From an uncultured Chloroflexia bacterium (GTDB lineage: Bacteria; Chloroflexota; Chloroflexia; Thermomicrobiales; JALYUS01): a DNA stretch of 64,000 nt. Shown here one piece after another: positions 20,981 to 29,935 of this stretch; positions within the stretch are counted from its first letter, which is position 1, and each line of letters starts with the position of its first letter. The notes below the pieces were generated by a model, which was not told the DNA's origin, made no database searches, and saw only the letters and a list, made by a program, of their open reading frames with translations. The position numbers and the translations under genes are program-made. The stretch is taken from NCBI GenBank assembly GCA_963847195.1, contig CAWJZC010000009.1, positions 17,812 through 81,811 of the forward strand, written 5' to 3'.

Positions 20981-21003
20981 CCCCTTCCCCACTGGGGAAG
21001 GGG
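20981..21003. repeat. GC-rich palindrome CCCCTTCCCC-ACT-GGGGAAGGGG between convergent genes
   Basis: Read directly: perfect 10-bp arms. Confidence 0.85.
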
Positions 21004-21024
21004 TCAGGGCATTCGGGCGGCTAC

Positions 21025-22317
21025 TCAGCCGATCTTCCAGGATTCGACATCGGCCATGACGGCGGCGACAGAGGGGAAGTCGTCGGCGTTGCGGAGGAAA
21101 GCGCCGGTCGGCGGGAGCAGGGAGAGGATTTGTTCCCGATTGAGGTGCTTTTCGATCACCTTCACCTGGATATGCGCCGCGCCCTCATAGATGCGGATCA
21201 CCGCCGAGTCGCCGAGGATCTGCGAGATCGGCATCTCCTTGGTGTATCCCATGCCGCCGTGCAGGAGCATCGCCTCCTGCGCCGCCCAGAGCGCCGTCTC
21301 GCCGGCGACCAGTTTGGCGATGGACGCCCAGACGAAGAACTGCGCGTCCCCCGCCTCCTCGTGCGTCGCCGCTTTGTGGACGAGCGCCCGCGCGATGGCG
21401 ACCTGGCGCTGGATGATCCGCAGGTGGTTGGCGACCTCGGGGATATCCGCCAATTTCTTGCCGAACTGCTCGCGCTCGTGGGTGTATTTGTCGGCCTCAT
21501 CGAGCGCGTGGCGCGCGATGCCCGAGCCCTGCGCCGCGACCCAGATGCGCGAGTGCTGAAGCGTCGACTCGATGATGAACCAGCCCTCATTGACCGCGCC
21601 CATCAGCCCGCTTTCCGGGACGAAATGGTCCTGAAAGACGACCTCGCACAGTTGCGAGCCGGGCTGCCCGAACTTGTCGAAAACCGAGACTTCGACGCTC
21701 GGCACGCCCGGCCCGATCTCGGTGAGGAGGACCGTGATGCCCCTACCCCGGTCCTCCGGTCGCCCCGTCCGCGCGGCCAGGACGATCACCTCCGCCGCGT
21801 TCGCACTGGTGATGAAGCGCTTGGCGCCGTTGACGATCCAGCCCTTCTTCGCGTCGTCCCAGGTCGCCTTGAGGCGAATCGCCTTCGCGTCCGACCCCGT
21901 GTTCGGCTCGGTGAGGCCGAAACAGGCGATCAGTTCGCCGCTCGCCATGCGCGGCAGATAGCGCCGCTTCTGCTCCTCGGTGCCGAAGCGGGCGATCGGA
22001 AAGGCGGTGAGCGAGTTCTGGACGAGGACATCGAGGCCGAGCCCGGCATCCCCACGCGCCAGTTCCTCCATCACCGCCGCCTGCTGGACGGGTGGGACGA
22101 TGTTGCCGCCGTACTCCTCGGGGATCTCCAATCCGAGCAAGCCGATCTCGGCGCACTTGACGATCAATTCGCGGGGGTAGGCGTGCGGGTTCGCGACCGC
22201 CTCGGCGCGAAAGCGCGGAAATTCCTTATTGACGAAATCCCGCGTCAGGCGCGCAAACTCGTCCCCGCTCTCGGAGTCTGCGTCGGGGTAGGTTGTGGCC
22301 GCGATTGTGCTTGTCAT
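21025..22317 (-). CDS. acyl-CoA dehydrogenase
   Basis: Intact ORF, start MTSTIAATTY at 22317. It has typical ACAD blocks (GCFGLTEPNTGSDA, WITNG-like IVNGAKRFITSA, YEGAAHIQ near the C-terminus). Confidence 0.9.
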   Translation of the reverse strand: MTSTIAATTYPDADSESGDEFARLTRDFVNKEFPRFRAEAVANPHAYPRELIVKCAEIGLLGLEIPEEYGGNIVPPVQQAAVMEELARGDAGLGLDVLVQNSLTAFPIARFGTEEQKRRYLPRMASGELIACFGLTEPNTGSDAKAIRLKATWDDAKKGWIVNGAKRFITSANAAEVIVLAARTGRPEDRGRGITVLLTEIGPGVPSVEVSVFDKFGQPGSQLCEVVFQDHFVPESGLMGAVNEGWFIIESTLQHSRIWVAAQGSGIARHALDEADKYTHEREQFGKKLADIPEVANHLRIIQRQVAIARALVHKAATHEEAGDAQFFVWASIAKLVAGETALWAAQEAMLLHGGMGYTKEMPISQILGDSAVIRIYEGAAHIQVKVIEKHLNREQILSLLPPTGAFLRNADDFPSVAAVMADVESWKIG

Positions 22318-22384
22318 AGCGAACAATGATAAAGCAATTTCCGTGCCAGTCAAGCGCGCAACGAGACGCTCACGGGGCGGTAAC

Positions 22385-23528
22385 TCACACCATCGTCCGC
22401 AGCAGGGTGCGGAGGCGGGTGGCGATCTGCTCCGCGTCGCCGTCGCGCAGGCAGTGGGTATTGATGCTGATGCCGCCCTGCTCGACATTGACGAAGATGC
22501 CGGGGTCGCCCGCCGCCAGCGTCTGCCGGATGGCGGCGCCGGACCACGCGCCGCCGACGGGGCGGACGACCGCGACCGGCATCGGGTGGCGCTCCGGGTC
22601 GGCGATCACCTCGCACTCCGCGTTCGGGAAGTCGGCCAACTCGTGCGCAATCAGTTCCGCCTGCGCGCGGTGCTCCGCAAAATCGCGCGCGTGGTCGTGC
22701 GCCATGAAGCGGTCGAGCGCGACGGCGAGGCCGACCATCGCCTCCTTGCTCACCTTCGCCGCGCGGCCAATGGCGGCGTTCGGGTTGCCGTTCATCCGCG
22801 CGGCGGCGATCAAATCCGCCCGCCCGGCGAGCAAGCCGGAGTCCTGCGGGCCGCGAATTCCCTTGCCGCCGCTGTAGATGACGAGGTCCGCACCCCCGGC
22901 GATCCAGCGCGTCAGGTGAGCTGACGGGAGGCAGCGTCGAGGCGGCATCGACGATCACCGGCACATCGCGCGCATGGGCGACCGCCACGACGGTCGCGAA
23001 ATCGAGCGCGCCGGGGCCGATGGAGGGGGAGTCGATGAAGGCGACCGCCGCCGTGCGCTCGGTGAACGCGGCTTCGTACTCCCACCGCTCGGTCGCGCTC
23101 GGGATGCCGATCTCCACCAGTTTCGCGCCCGGCGCGCGGAACATCTGGTCGTAGTTGATGCGGTGCGCGCGGTGGACGATGATCTCGTTCGGCATCCCCG
23201 TCGTGTCCGGCAGGCGGCGGATGCGCGCCATCTCCGTGCCGGTGATGCAGGCGGCCGCCGCGAGCAGCATCCCCGCCGCCGAGCCGCAGGTGACGTAGCC
23301 CGCCTCCGCGCCCGTCACCGCCGCGATCTTCTCGCCCACCGCCGCGTTCAGTTCATCCAGCACGACGAACGCCTTGGACGCCTCCGCCATCGCCGCCGTC
23401 ACCTCCGGCGGCATGAGCGTCCCGCCCACGGCGGTCGTCGCCCCCCGCGCATTGATGATCGTGCGCACGCCGAGTTGCCGGTAAATGTCCGTCCCCCGCT
23501 CCGCCGGCGCAGAGAAGACCGTCACCAT
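22385..23528 (-). CDS. SelA-like (DgaE-type) PLP-dependent enzyme; one frame break
   Basis: N-terminal two thirds are in ORF 22350..23555 (IINARGATTAVGGTLMPPEV...VIVDAAS). The remainder is in ORF 22385..22948 (GADLVIYSGGKGIRGPQDSGLLAG, with the putative PLP lysine). The junction is near 22930. Confidence 0.7.
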
Positions 23529-23577
23529 CACTTCCCCCTTCTCACGATCTCGCAATCAGTCCGGATCGAAGCAGATG

Positions 23578-23670
23578 AACCACCAAGACGCAAAGAACAC
23601 CAAGAGAGAAGATTTCGTTCTTCGCTCTCTCTTTCGTGTCCTTTGTGTCCTTTGCGTCTTTGCGTTGCGG
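23578..23670. repeat. long purine-arm/pyrimidine-arm hairpin (ACCAAGACGCAAAGAACACCAAGAGAGAAG ... CTTCGCTCTCTCTTTCGTGTCCTTTGTGTCCTTTGCGTCTTTGCG)
   Basis: Read directly. It lies between the Ldh_2 gene end and the SelA-like gene start, and reads as KDAKDTKDTKE / LCVLCVF in spurious ORFs. Confidence 0.75.
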
Positions 23671-23686
23671 TTCAACCTGTTCCGTC

Positions 23687-24794
23687 TTATGCGGCTGTGG
23701 CGTTCGGCATGGCGACGCCGAAGCGGGCGCCGACTTGGCGAGGTCCTGCCAGATCGGGTCCGGGATCGGGATGCCCTCGCGCTCGCGGGCGGCGCGGGAG
23801 CGGATTTCCGGTTCGCCGGGGACGAGCACTTCGTCCTTGCCGGGGGCGGGCGGCGTCTGCTTGACGGCGGCGAGGGTTTCGCCGGTCAGCCGCCGGTATT
23901 CCTCGCGCATCACCGAAGGCGGCCGGGTCCATCGCGATCACGAAGACGCCGCCGAGGGCGCCGCGCTGCAGTACCGTCATTCGGGATGCGCCGACGGCAC
24001 GGGCATCACCGCCCGGTCATCGTCCACCATCGCGAGACCGGCGATCAGCGCGGAGGCCATCGAGAGGCCGTACCCCTTGTGGCCGCTGAGGTCGCCGCCG
24101 ACCGGCAGGAGCGCGCCGCCATTGTAGAAGTCCATCGGGTCGGTCGAGGGATTGCCGTCTTTGTCCACGATCAGCCCCGGCGCGAGCGGCGGCGTTCTTG
24201 GAGCGCGCGACGCGCAATTTCCCCTCCGCGACCGCCGAGGTGGCGGCGTCGTAGACCATGTTCGTCGGGCCGTCCGCCGGGACGCCGAAGGACCACGGGT
24301 TCGTGCCGAGGAAGCGGCGCGCCCCGTGGAACGGGCACGACGCCGCCACTGTTCGGCGCGGCGGTGCCGATCGTGACGATGGCGATCATCCCCGCCGCGC
24401 TCGCCCGCTCGGTGTATTCACCGAGGCGGCCGATATGCGTCGCGTGGCGGATGGCGACAGCGGCGATACCGTGCGTATGCGCCCGCTCCATCGCCCAATC
24501 GAGCGCGACGGCGGTGGAATACTGGCCGAAGCCGAAATGCGCGTCCATCACCGCCGTGCCGCCCATCTCGCGCACCACCTCGGGCCGCGCGTTCGGTACA
24601 AGGCCCCCTGTGTCCGCCTGCTGGACATACTGCGGCAGCCGCAAGACGCCATGCGAGTCGTGGCCGGAGAGATTCGCCTTGACGAGATGATTCGCCAGTT
24701 CGTCCGCGATGTCGCCCTCCGCGCCCATCGCCAGCGCCACCTGCCGGACATATGCGCGCAACTGGTCAGAGGGACAAAGGTGCATCTCCGCCAT
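23687..24794 (-). pseudogene. Ldh_2-family (malate/L-lactate/ureidoglycolate-type) dehydrogenase, about five frame breaks
   Basis: Colinear pieces lie in ORFs 24171..24794 (SGHDSHGVLRLPQYV...), 24017..24349 (FLGTNPWSFGVPA...MVYDAATSAVAEGKLRVA), 23977..24168 (DKDGNPSTDP...GGDLSGHKGYGLSMASALIAG), 23687..23980 (GGVFVIAMDPAAF), 23542..23913 (REEYRRLTGETLAAVKQ...PGEPE) and back to 23687.. (VGARFGVAMPNATAA*). Junctions are near 24350, 24185, 23980, 23915 and 23745. Confidence 0.75.
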
Positions 24795-24817
24795 CTACCC
24801 CGCTCCTTCATTCATGG

Positions 24818-24866
24818 TACCGCAGGCTTTCCAGCCTGCGAGAGAGGCAGGCTGGAAAGCCTGCGG
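24818..24866. repeat. perfect 21-bp hairpin ACCGCAGGCTTTCCAGCCTGC-GAGAGAG-GCAGGCTGGAAAGCCTGCGGT
   Basis: Arms checked base by base. It is related to the 34519..34572 hairpin (GCAGGCTGAAGCC core, GAGAG loop). Confidence 0.9.
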
Positions 24867-24885
24867 TATCGATTTGATCCCTCTC

Positions 24886-24935
24886 CGAAGCATCGCACCG
24901 GCCGATTGTCATTGCAATCGGCCGGTGCGATGCTT
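24886..24935. repeat. perfect 22-bp hairpin GAAGCATCGCACCGGCCGATTG-TCATTG-CAATCGGCCGGTGCGATGCTTC
   Basis: Arms checked base by base. It lies 20 nt after the previous hairpin. Confidence 0.9.
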
Positions 24936-25099
24936 CCCGGGAGAACGTCCGACAAACACACCGGGGAGTGCCATTGTCCATGTATTTGCTCGGTAGGCAG
25001 CGCTACTGTCCCGGCGAGGGCAAGCAAACGACACCTCTTACTACCGTAGCACTCGATCCTGATGCAGAATGGGGGCCTACCGGCTACGATACACGCCCA

Positions 25100-25186
25100 C
25101 GTCCCATCGCGACCACCTTGCCGGGTTTCGCAACCATGCTCACCGTGCTCGCCATCAACCTGATCGGCGATGGCCTACGGAAGTAA
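25100..25186 (+). pseudogene. remnant: last about 25 codons of an ABC (Dpp/Opp-type) permease gene
   Basis: ORF 24968..25186 ends ...LPGFATMLTVLAINLIGDGLRK*. This is the characteristic C-terminal helix/tail of DppC/OppC-type permeases. Nothing upstream in that frame resembles the rest of a permease. Confidence 0.5.
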
Positions 25187-25199
25187 CGGCGGATTGGCC

Positions 25200-27764
25200 T
25201 CACCGCCCGGTAGGGATCGGCGCGGGAGCGGGCGGGGTTGCCCCCGGCTGACTCGTCGTCCCGCTCGGGCGGCTCGCCGGAGCGGGCGGCATCGAGACCC
25301 CTGTCAGCGTTGGCGCGGTTACCGTCACACTCGTTTGCCCGGTGATACTCCCCATACTCGCCGTCGGATGAGCCGTCCCCGGCGAGACTCCCGTCACCAT
25401 GCCACCGCTCGTGATACTCGCCACGCTCGGCACGTCACTCGTCCACGTCACCTGCCCCGTCAGGTCCGCCGTGGAGTTATCCGCGTACTTGCCCGTCGCC
25501 GTGTACTGCTGCGTCTGCCCGACCTTGAGCGTCGCGCCCGCCGGGGTCACCGCGATACTGACCAGGGGCGCGGCGGTGATCGTCACGGTGTACTGTTGGT
25601 TGCCCGTGTTGCCCAGCGAGTCCTGCGCCTGCACCATGAAGGTGCTCATCCCCGCCGTGGTCGGCGTACCACTCAGCGTGCCGCTCGCGCTGAGCGCGAG
25701 ACCGGGCGGCAGGGTGCCGCTCGCCACCGAGAAGGTGTAGCCTGTGCCACTGCCTCCGCTCGCCGTCAGCGTCTGGCTATACGCCGCGCCCACCACCCCA
25801 CCGGGCAGCGTCGCCGGGCCGAGGGTAATGAGCGGCAGGTTGGTGAGGGCGAAGGTCGCCGTCGGTGTCACGCCCGCCACGCTCGCCACGACCCCATCGG
25901 AGCCCGTCGTCCCGTTCGCCGTGTACGCCGGTGCCGTCGCCACCCCACCGGCATTCGTCAGGCAGGTCGCGCTCGCACCGCCGCCCGCGACCGTGCATCC
26001 CGGCCCCGTCGTGAAGGCGCCGCTCGCGCCGCTGGCCGGGGCGGTGAAGGTTACCGGGATGTTCGCCAGCCCGGCCCCGGTGCTGTCGGTCACTTTGGCA
26101 GCCAGCGCTGTGCCGAAGGGATGGTTGATGAGCGCGGATTGCGGCGTGCCCGCCGTCGCGGCGATGCCACTGGCGATTGTCAGCGGCGCGGCGAACTCCG
26201 AGGTGTCGTTCAGTTGTGGGCCGGTCGTCGTGTTCGTCGCCGTCGCCGTGATTACGGAGCCGGTGGGCAGCGCGCCCGGCGCGGTGAAGATGAAGGCGCT
26301 ATGGCCGCTGCCGTCCGTCGTGCTGGTGAGGAAGCCGAGGAAGGTTTGGCCGTTGCGCCCGCCCGGTGCGCCGCTGGAGGAAGCGAAGAACTCGATGCGG
26401 AAGAAAGCGGAGGGGACGCTATCGAGCGTGCCGGTGACGGTCGTACCGAAGGCGGCGGTGAGGAGGGGGAAGTTCTGGCCGTCATTGGGGAAGGCGCGGG
26501 GATTGGCGCCGTTCGGAGTAACGCCATCGCTGGCAAGATCAATGCCGGTCGCGACGCCGTTGTCGTGGATAGGGTTGCCGAGCACGGCGTTATTGACCGC
26601 GGTGCTATCGGCGGCATTGGTACCGATCGTGACGCCTGTGACGGTGTTGAAGGCGATGACGTTGCCCGCCCCCGCCGCCGTGCCGCCCACCGTGTTGCCG
26701 CTCGCGGCGCCGGCGATGTTGACGCCGTTGCCATTGGCAATGGCGGCGGTACCCGCGACGTTCGTGCCGACCAGATTGCCTTCGACGACGTTGCCGCTCG
26801 TGCCGCTGCTCTGGATGAGGACGCCGCTGCTGGTATTGCCCGAGATGACGTTGCCCGCCCCCGCCGCCGTGCCGCCCACCGTGTTATTCGTCGCGCCACC
26901 GAGGATGTTGACACCGAAGGCGTTGGCGAGCGCGGCGGTGCCGGCGGCATCCGTACCGATGTAGTTGCCCTCCACCGTGTTGCCCGTCGTGCCGCTGCTC
27001 TGGATGCCGACGCCGCTGCCGCCGGTATTGCCCGAGATGACGTTGCGCGCCCCGGCGGCGGTGCCGCCCACCGTGTTGCCGCTCGCGCCGCCGTTGAGGA
27101 CGATGCCGTTGCCATTGGCGAGCGGCGCAGTGCCCGTCGGGTTCGTGCCGATGAAGTTGCCCGCGATGATCGTGTTGCCGCCGTTGAGGACGATGCCGCT
27201 GCCGACGAAGCGCGTGATATTCAGCCCCCTGATCGTGCAGGCGTTCGCGTTGATCGTCAGGCCATCGGTACTGCCCGCACCCGTACCATCCAGTTGGATC
27301 AGGATAACCGCATTGTCGCCGTTCGCCAGCGTGTTCGTCGCGGCGCCCAACTGCGAATAGCCGTCGATCGTCATCGGCTTGGCGATCGTCGGCAAGGCGC
27401 TTCCCCCAGAGATCATGTGCACACCGGCGCCGGGGATGTTGAACGTGATCGTATCATTGACGCCGTACGCCCCCACCCGGTTCGCGGTCACGTCCGCGCC
27501 CGTGTCCGCCTGGTTATTGATCGAAGTGATCGCCTCACGCAAGGAGGCGGAGGCATCGGTAGCGACGGTCTCGTCCGCCGTCGTCGTGACGGTGATGGTG
27601 GCGGCGTGGGCGCGCAAGGGATGGAGGAGGGCGAAGGCGACGAAGAGCGCCACGGCAGCGAAGACGACAAGCCAGGGCCGAGGAACCGCGAATCGTACCA
27701 CCGATCGTACCCCTCCTCCACGCCATCCGCATCGCGAAGGCGGTATCGTCACATGTTTGCACAA
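25200..27764 (-). CDS. secreted CSLREA-motif / right-handed parallel beta-helix repeat protein with Ig-like C-terminal domains
   Basis: 854-aa intact ORF. Signal/TM (PWLVVFAAVALFVAFALL), TTADET...ASLREAITSINN. About 8 repeats follow of GNxIGTxxxGTxAxANxxxGVxIxGxxxGNTVGGTAAGAGNVISGN. Then come a He_PIG-like segment (LPPGLALSASGTLSGTPT) and a Big_2-like segment (LKVGQTQQYTATGKYADNSTADLTGQVTWTSD). Confidence 0.8.
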   Translation of the reverse strand: MCKHVTIPPSRCGWRGGGVRSVVRFAVPRPWLVVFAAVALFVAFALLHPLRAHAATITVTTTADETVATDASASLREAITSINNQADTGADVTANRVGAYGVNDTITFNIPGAGVHMISGGSALPTIAKPMTIDGYSQLGAATNTLANGDNAVILIQLDGTGAGSTDGLTINANACTIRGLNITRFVGSGIVLNGGNTIIAGNFIGTNPTGTAPLANGNGIVLNGGASGNTVGGTAAGARNVISGNTGGSGVGIQSSGTTGNTVEGNYIGTDAAGTAALANAFGVNILGGATNNTVGGTAAGAGNVISGNTSSGVLIQSSGTSGNVVEGNLVGTNVAGTAAIANGNGVNIAGAASGNTVGGTAAGAGNVIAFNTVTGVTIGTNAADSTAVNNAVLGNPIHDNGVATGIDLASDGVTPNGANPRAFPNDGQNFPLLTAAFGTTVTGTLDSVPSAFFRIEFFASSSGAPGGRNGQTFLGFLTSTTDGSGHSAFIFTAPGALPTGSVITATATNTTTGPQLNDTSEFAAPLTIASGIAATAGTPQSALINHPFGTALAAKVTDSTGAGLANIPVTFTAPASGASGAFTTGPGCTVAGGGASATCLTNAGGVATAPAYTANGTTGSDGVVASVAGVTPTATFALTNLPLITLGPATLPGGVVGAAYSQTLTASGGSGTGYTFSVASGTLPPGLALSASGTLSGTPTTAGMSTFMVQAQDSLGNTGNQQYTVTITAAPLVSIAVTPAGATLKVGQTQQYTATGKYADNSTADLTGQVTWTSDVPSVASITSGGMVTGVSPGTAHPTASMGSITGQTSVTVTAPTLTGVSMPPAPASRPSGTTSQPGATPPAPAPIPTGR

Positions 27765-27991
27765 TTGAGATTACCCTAAGTGCTTCGTGAAGGTTTGTCA
27801 AGCAAACGAACAGCGCCCCACTCCGTTAAATGGAGGTTCGCAGGGCACAGGCTGAAGTCTGCGTGCCCGTGCCCCGTCTCGACACCATCACTTTTTCCTC
27901 ACCCACGCGCACGAGTCACGCGGGAGACGGAAAAAATGATCCATGCGAGCGTGGAGAGGACGGAAGCCTTGGGGACAGTCTTGAGAGGATG

Positions 27992-29018
27992 CTAGGTCCC
28001 CCGCGTGATCCGGTCGATGCCGCGCATGATGTCGCGGACGAGGGTGAGGCGGGGCACGGCGACCCCCGCGCGCTCGGCCCGCTCCACGAGGTCCCCGAAG
28101 ACCTGCTCGACCTCCATCGGGCGACCGGCGAGCACGTCCTGCGTCATCGAGGGGAGGCTGCCGCCGCGCGGGAGCGGGCCGGGTTTGACGATCTTCGCCA
28201 GCGTCTCCTCGTCCGGCGTGACGGTGTAGGTATAGATAGGCGGGAAGTTCGGATAATCGCCGACCGCGACGCCATAGGCCGCGCCGGTCTCGGCGGTCTC
28301 GCGGACGAGCCCGAGATAGGCGTGCATCATGTTCGCGTCGCCGCTCATTTGCGGCCCGGTGGCGCGCGCGAGCACGGAGACGCCGAAGACGCCCGCCGCG
28401 TTGCACGCCTTGGACCAGAGGATGCTCTGGATGCTCTCCGGCGCTTGCGCGGGGATGCCCGCCGCCATCAGTGCGCTAACCGCCGCATCGACGCGCGGCG
28501 AACTGCCGCCCTGCTTCTCCCCGAGATAGGTCATGCCGAGGGCCGTCACGGTGACAATGCCGTCCGCGCCGCGCCCGCCGCCGAGGATCGTCGCGCCCGG
28601 CACGACCCGCTCCGCACCGAACGCCGCCGCGAGCATGTCGTCCTTCGCGAGGCCGTTCTGCAAGCCCGCCACCCACGCGGCGTCATCGCCCGCCACAGGC
28701 CACGCAGCGCGAACGGTCGCGATGGCCCCCGCGAGGTCGTGCCCCTTTGTGAGAAAGATCAACCCCACACCAGCGGGCAAATCCGCCGCATCGTCCGTGA
28801 CGCCGACGCTGCCCGGTGGGGCCGGGACCGGGGCGACGGGGATTTCTTCATCGACGACGCCCGTGAGCCGGATACGACCCGCTTCACGCAGCGATGCGGC
28901 GGTTCGGGGCGTCGCGAGCAGGGTGACGGATTGCCCATTCTTCGCGAGCAATCCGGCGAATGCCTGGCCGAGCGCGCCCGCGCCGACGAATGCGAGTGAT
29001 GCTGCGGTGCTGCTCATG
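27992..29018 (-). CDS. 2-dehydropantoate 2-reductase (PanE/ApbA) family oxidoreductase
   Basis: Start MSSTAASLAFVGAGALGQAFAGLLAKNG (Rossmann motif) at 29018. The rest of the 507-aa ORF upstream overlaps the SDR gene and is spurious. The start overlaps the SDR stop (29014). Confidence 0.8.
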
Positions 29019-29850
29019 GGGCTACGTCCTCCATTGGCCAGAGCTTGCTCCCACCGGCATTGAGCGCGAGGTTGCCGCCATCGACGGGGAGCGAATGGCC
29101 GGTGATGAAGCTCGCCCCATCCGAGACGAGGAAGTGGACGGCGCGGGCGATATCCTCCGGCTCGGCGATGCGGTCGAGCGGGATACCGCGCAAGAAGCGG
29201 GCGGTGAGCGTCTTCGGGTCGAGTTGCGGGTCGTTCAGCATGTTCGTCATCGCCTGCGTCCTGACCTGCACGGGTTGGATGGCGTTGACGCGAATCTGAT
29301 GGGGTGCCCACTCCACGGCCAACTCGCGCGTGAACTGGATGATGCCCGCCTTCGTCACGCTGTAGACGAAGTTGCCGCGCCCGAGCGCGGAACTGCCGGC
29401 AATCGAGCTGATGCTGACGATTGCCCCGCCCCGCCCGGCGCGGATCATCCGCCGGCCCGTCTCCTGCGTGCAGACCCACGTTCCTTCGAGGTTGATGCGC
29501 ACGATCTTCCGCCACTCGTCCAGCGGCAAATCCTCCGGTCGGTAGCGCGTGCCGATGCCGCAGTTGTTGACGAGGATATCGACGCGGTCATAGGCACGAT
29601 CGAAGTCGGTGAACATCGAGACGATGGCGTCCGCGTCGCCCATGTCGCACTGCACCGCCGTGCATCGGCGGCCAAGCGCCTCCACCTCGCGCGCCGTCTG
29701 CTGTGCGCCCTCGCCGTCGATGTCGCAGACGAAGAGGTCCGCGCCCGCCCGCGCCAGTTCGAGGGCCGTCGCGTGGCCGATGCCACCGCGCGCCGAACCG
29801 GCCGTCACAATCGCCACGCGGCCCGTCAAATCAAGCCAGTCCACCGCCAT
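29014..29850 (-). CDS. SDR-family oxidoreductase
   Basis: 278-aa intact ORF: TAGSARGGIGHA (TGxxxGIG), NNCGI, and a Ser...YxxxK triad (SSIAGSS...YSVTKAG). Confidence 0.9.
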   Translation of the reverse strand: MAVDWLDLTGRVAIVTAGSARGGIGHATALELARAGADLFVCDIDGEGAQQTAREVEALGRRCTAVQCDMGDADAIVSMFTDFDRAYDRVDILVNNCGIGTRYRPEDLPLDEWRKIVRINLEGTWVCTQETGRRMIRAGRGGAIVSISSIAGSSALGRGNFVYSVTKAGIIQFTRELAVEWAPHQIRVNAIQPVQVRTQAMTNMLNDPQLDPKTLTARFLRGIPLDRIAEPEDIARAVHFLVSDGASFITGHSLPVDGGNLALNAGGSKLWPMEDVAP

Positions 29851-29873
29851 AAAGCGCTCCTTTCAGTCGTCGA

Positions 29874-29935
29874 AGTAACGAGTAGCGAGTAACGACACGG
29901 GACCACGAGTCCCTCGCTACTCGCTCCTCGTTGCT
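29874..29935. repeat. inverted tandem-heptamer hairpin (AGTAACG/AGTAGCG) between E2 and SDR genes
   Basis: AGTAACGAGTAGCGAGTAACG ... CTCGCTACTCGCTCCTCGTTGCT. The right arm abuts the E2 stop. Confidence 0.85.

Noticed and set aside
25170-27779. 869-aa ORF on the plus strand
   Set aside because: It is exactly antisense to the well-supported CSLREA/beta-helix gene. Its translation is Arg/Gly/Asp/Ala low complexity with no motifs. This is a typical shadow ORF of very GC-rich DNA.
27850-27960. Small inverted repeats (GGGCAC...GTGCCC; CCGTCTC...GAGACGG) downstream of the PanE-like gene as an intrinsic terminator
   Set aside because: The stems are short or the loops very long, and there is no clean U-tract on the minus strand. 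This is insufficient for a terminator call.
29019-29515. N-terminal extension of the 507-aa ORF 27992..29515
   Set aside because: The extension overlaps the SDR gene in another frame and is Arg/Pro-rich. The PanE-like protein starts at the Rossmann motif (ATG 29018), which overlaps the SDR stop.
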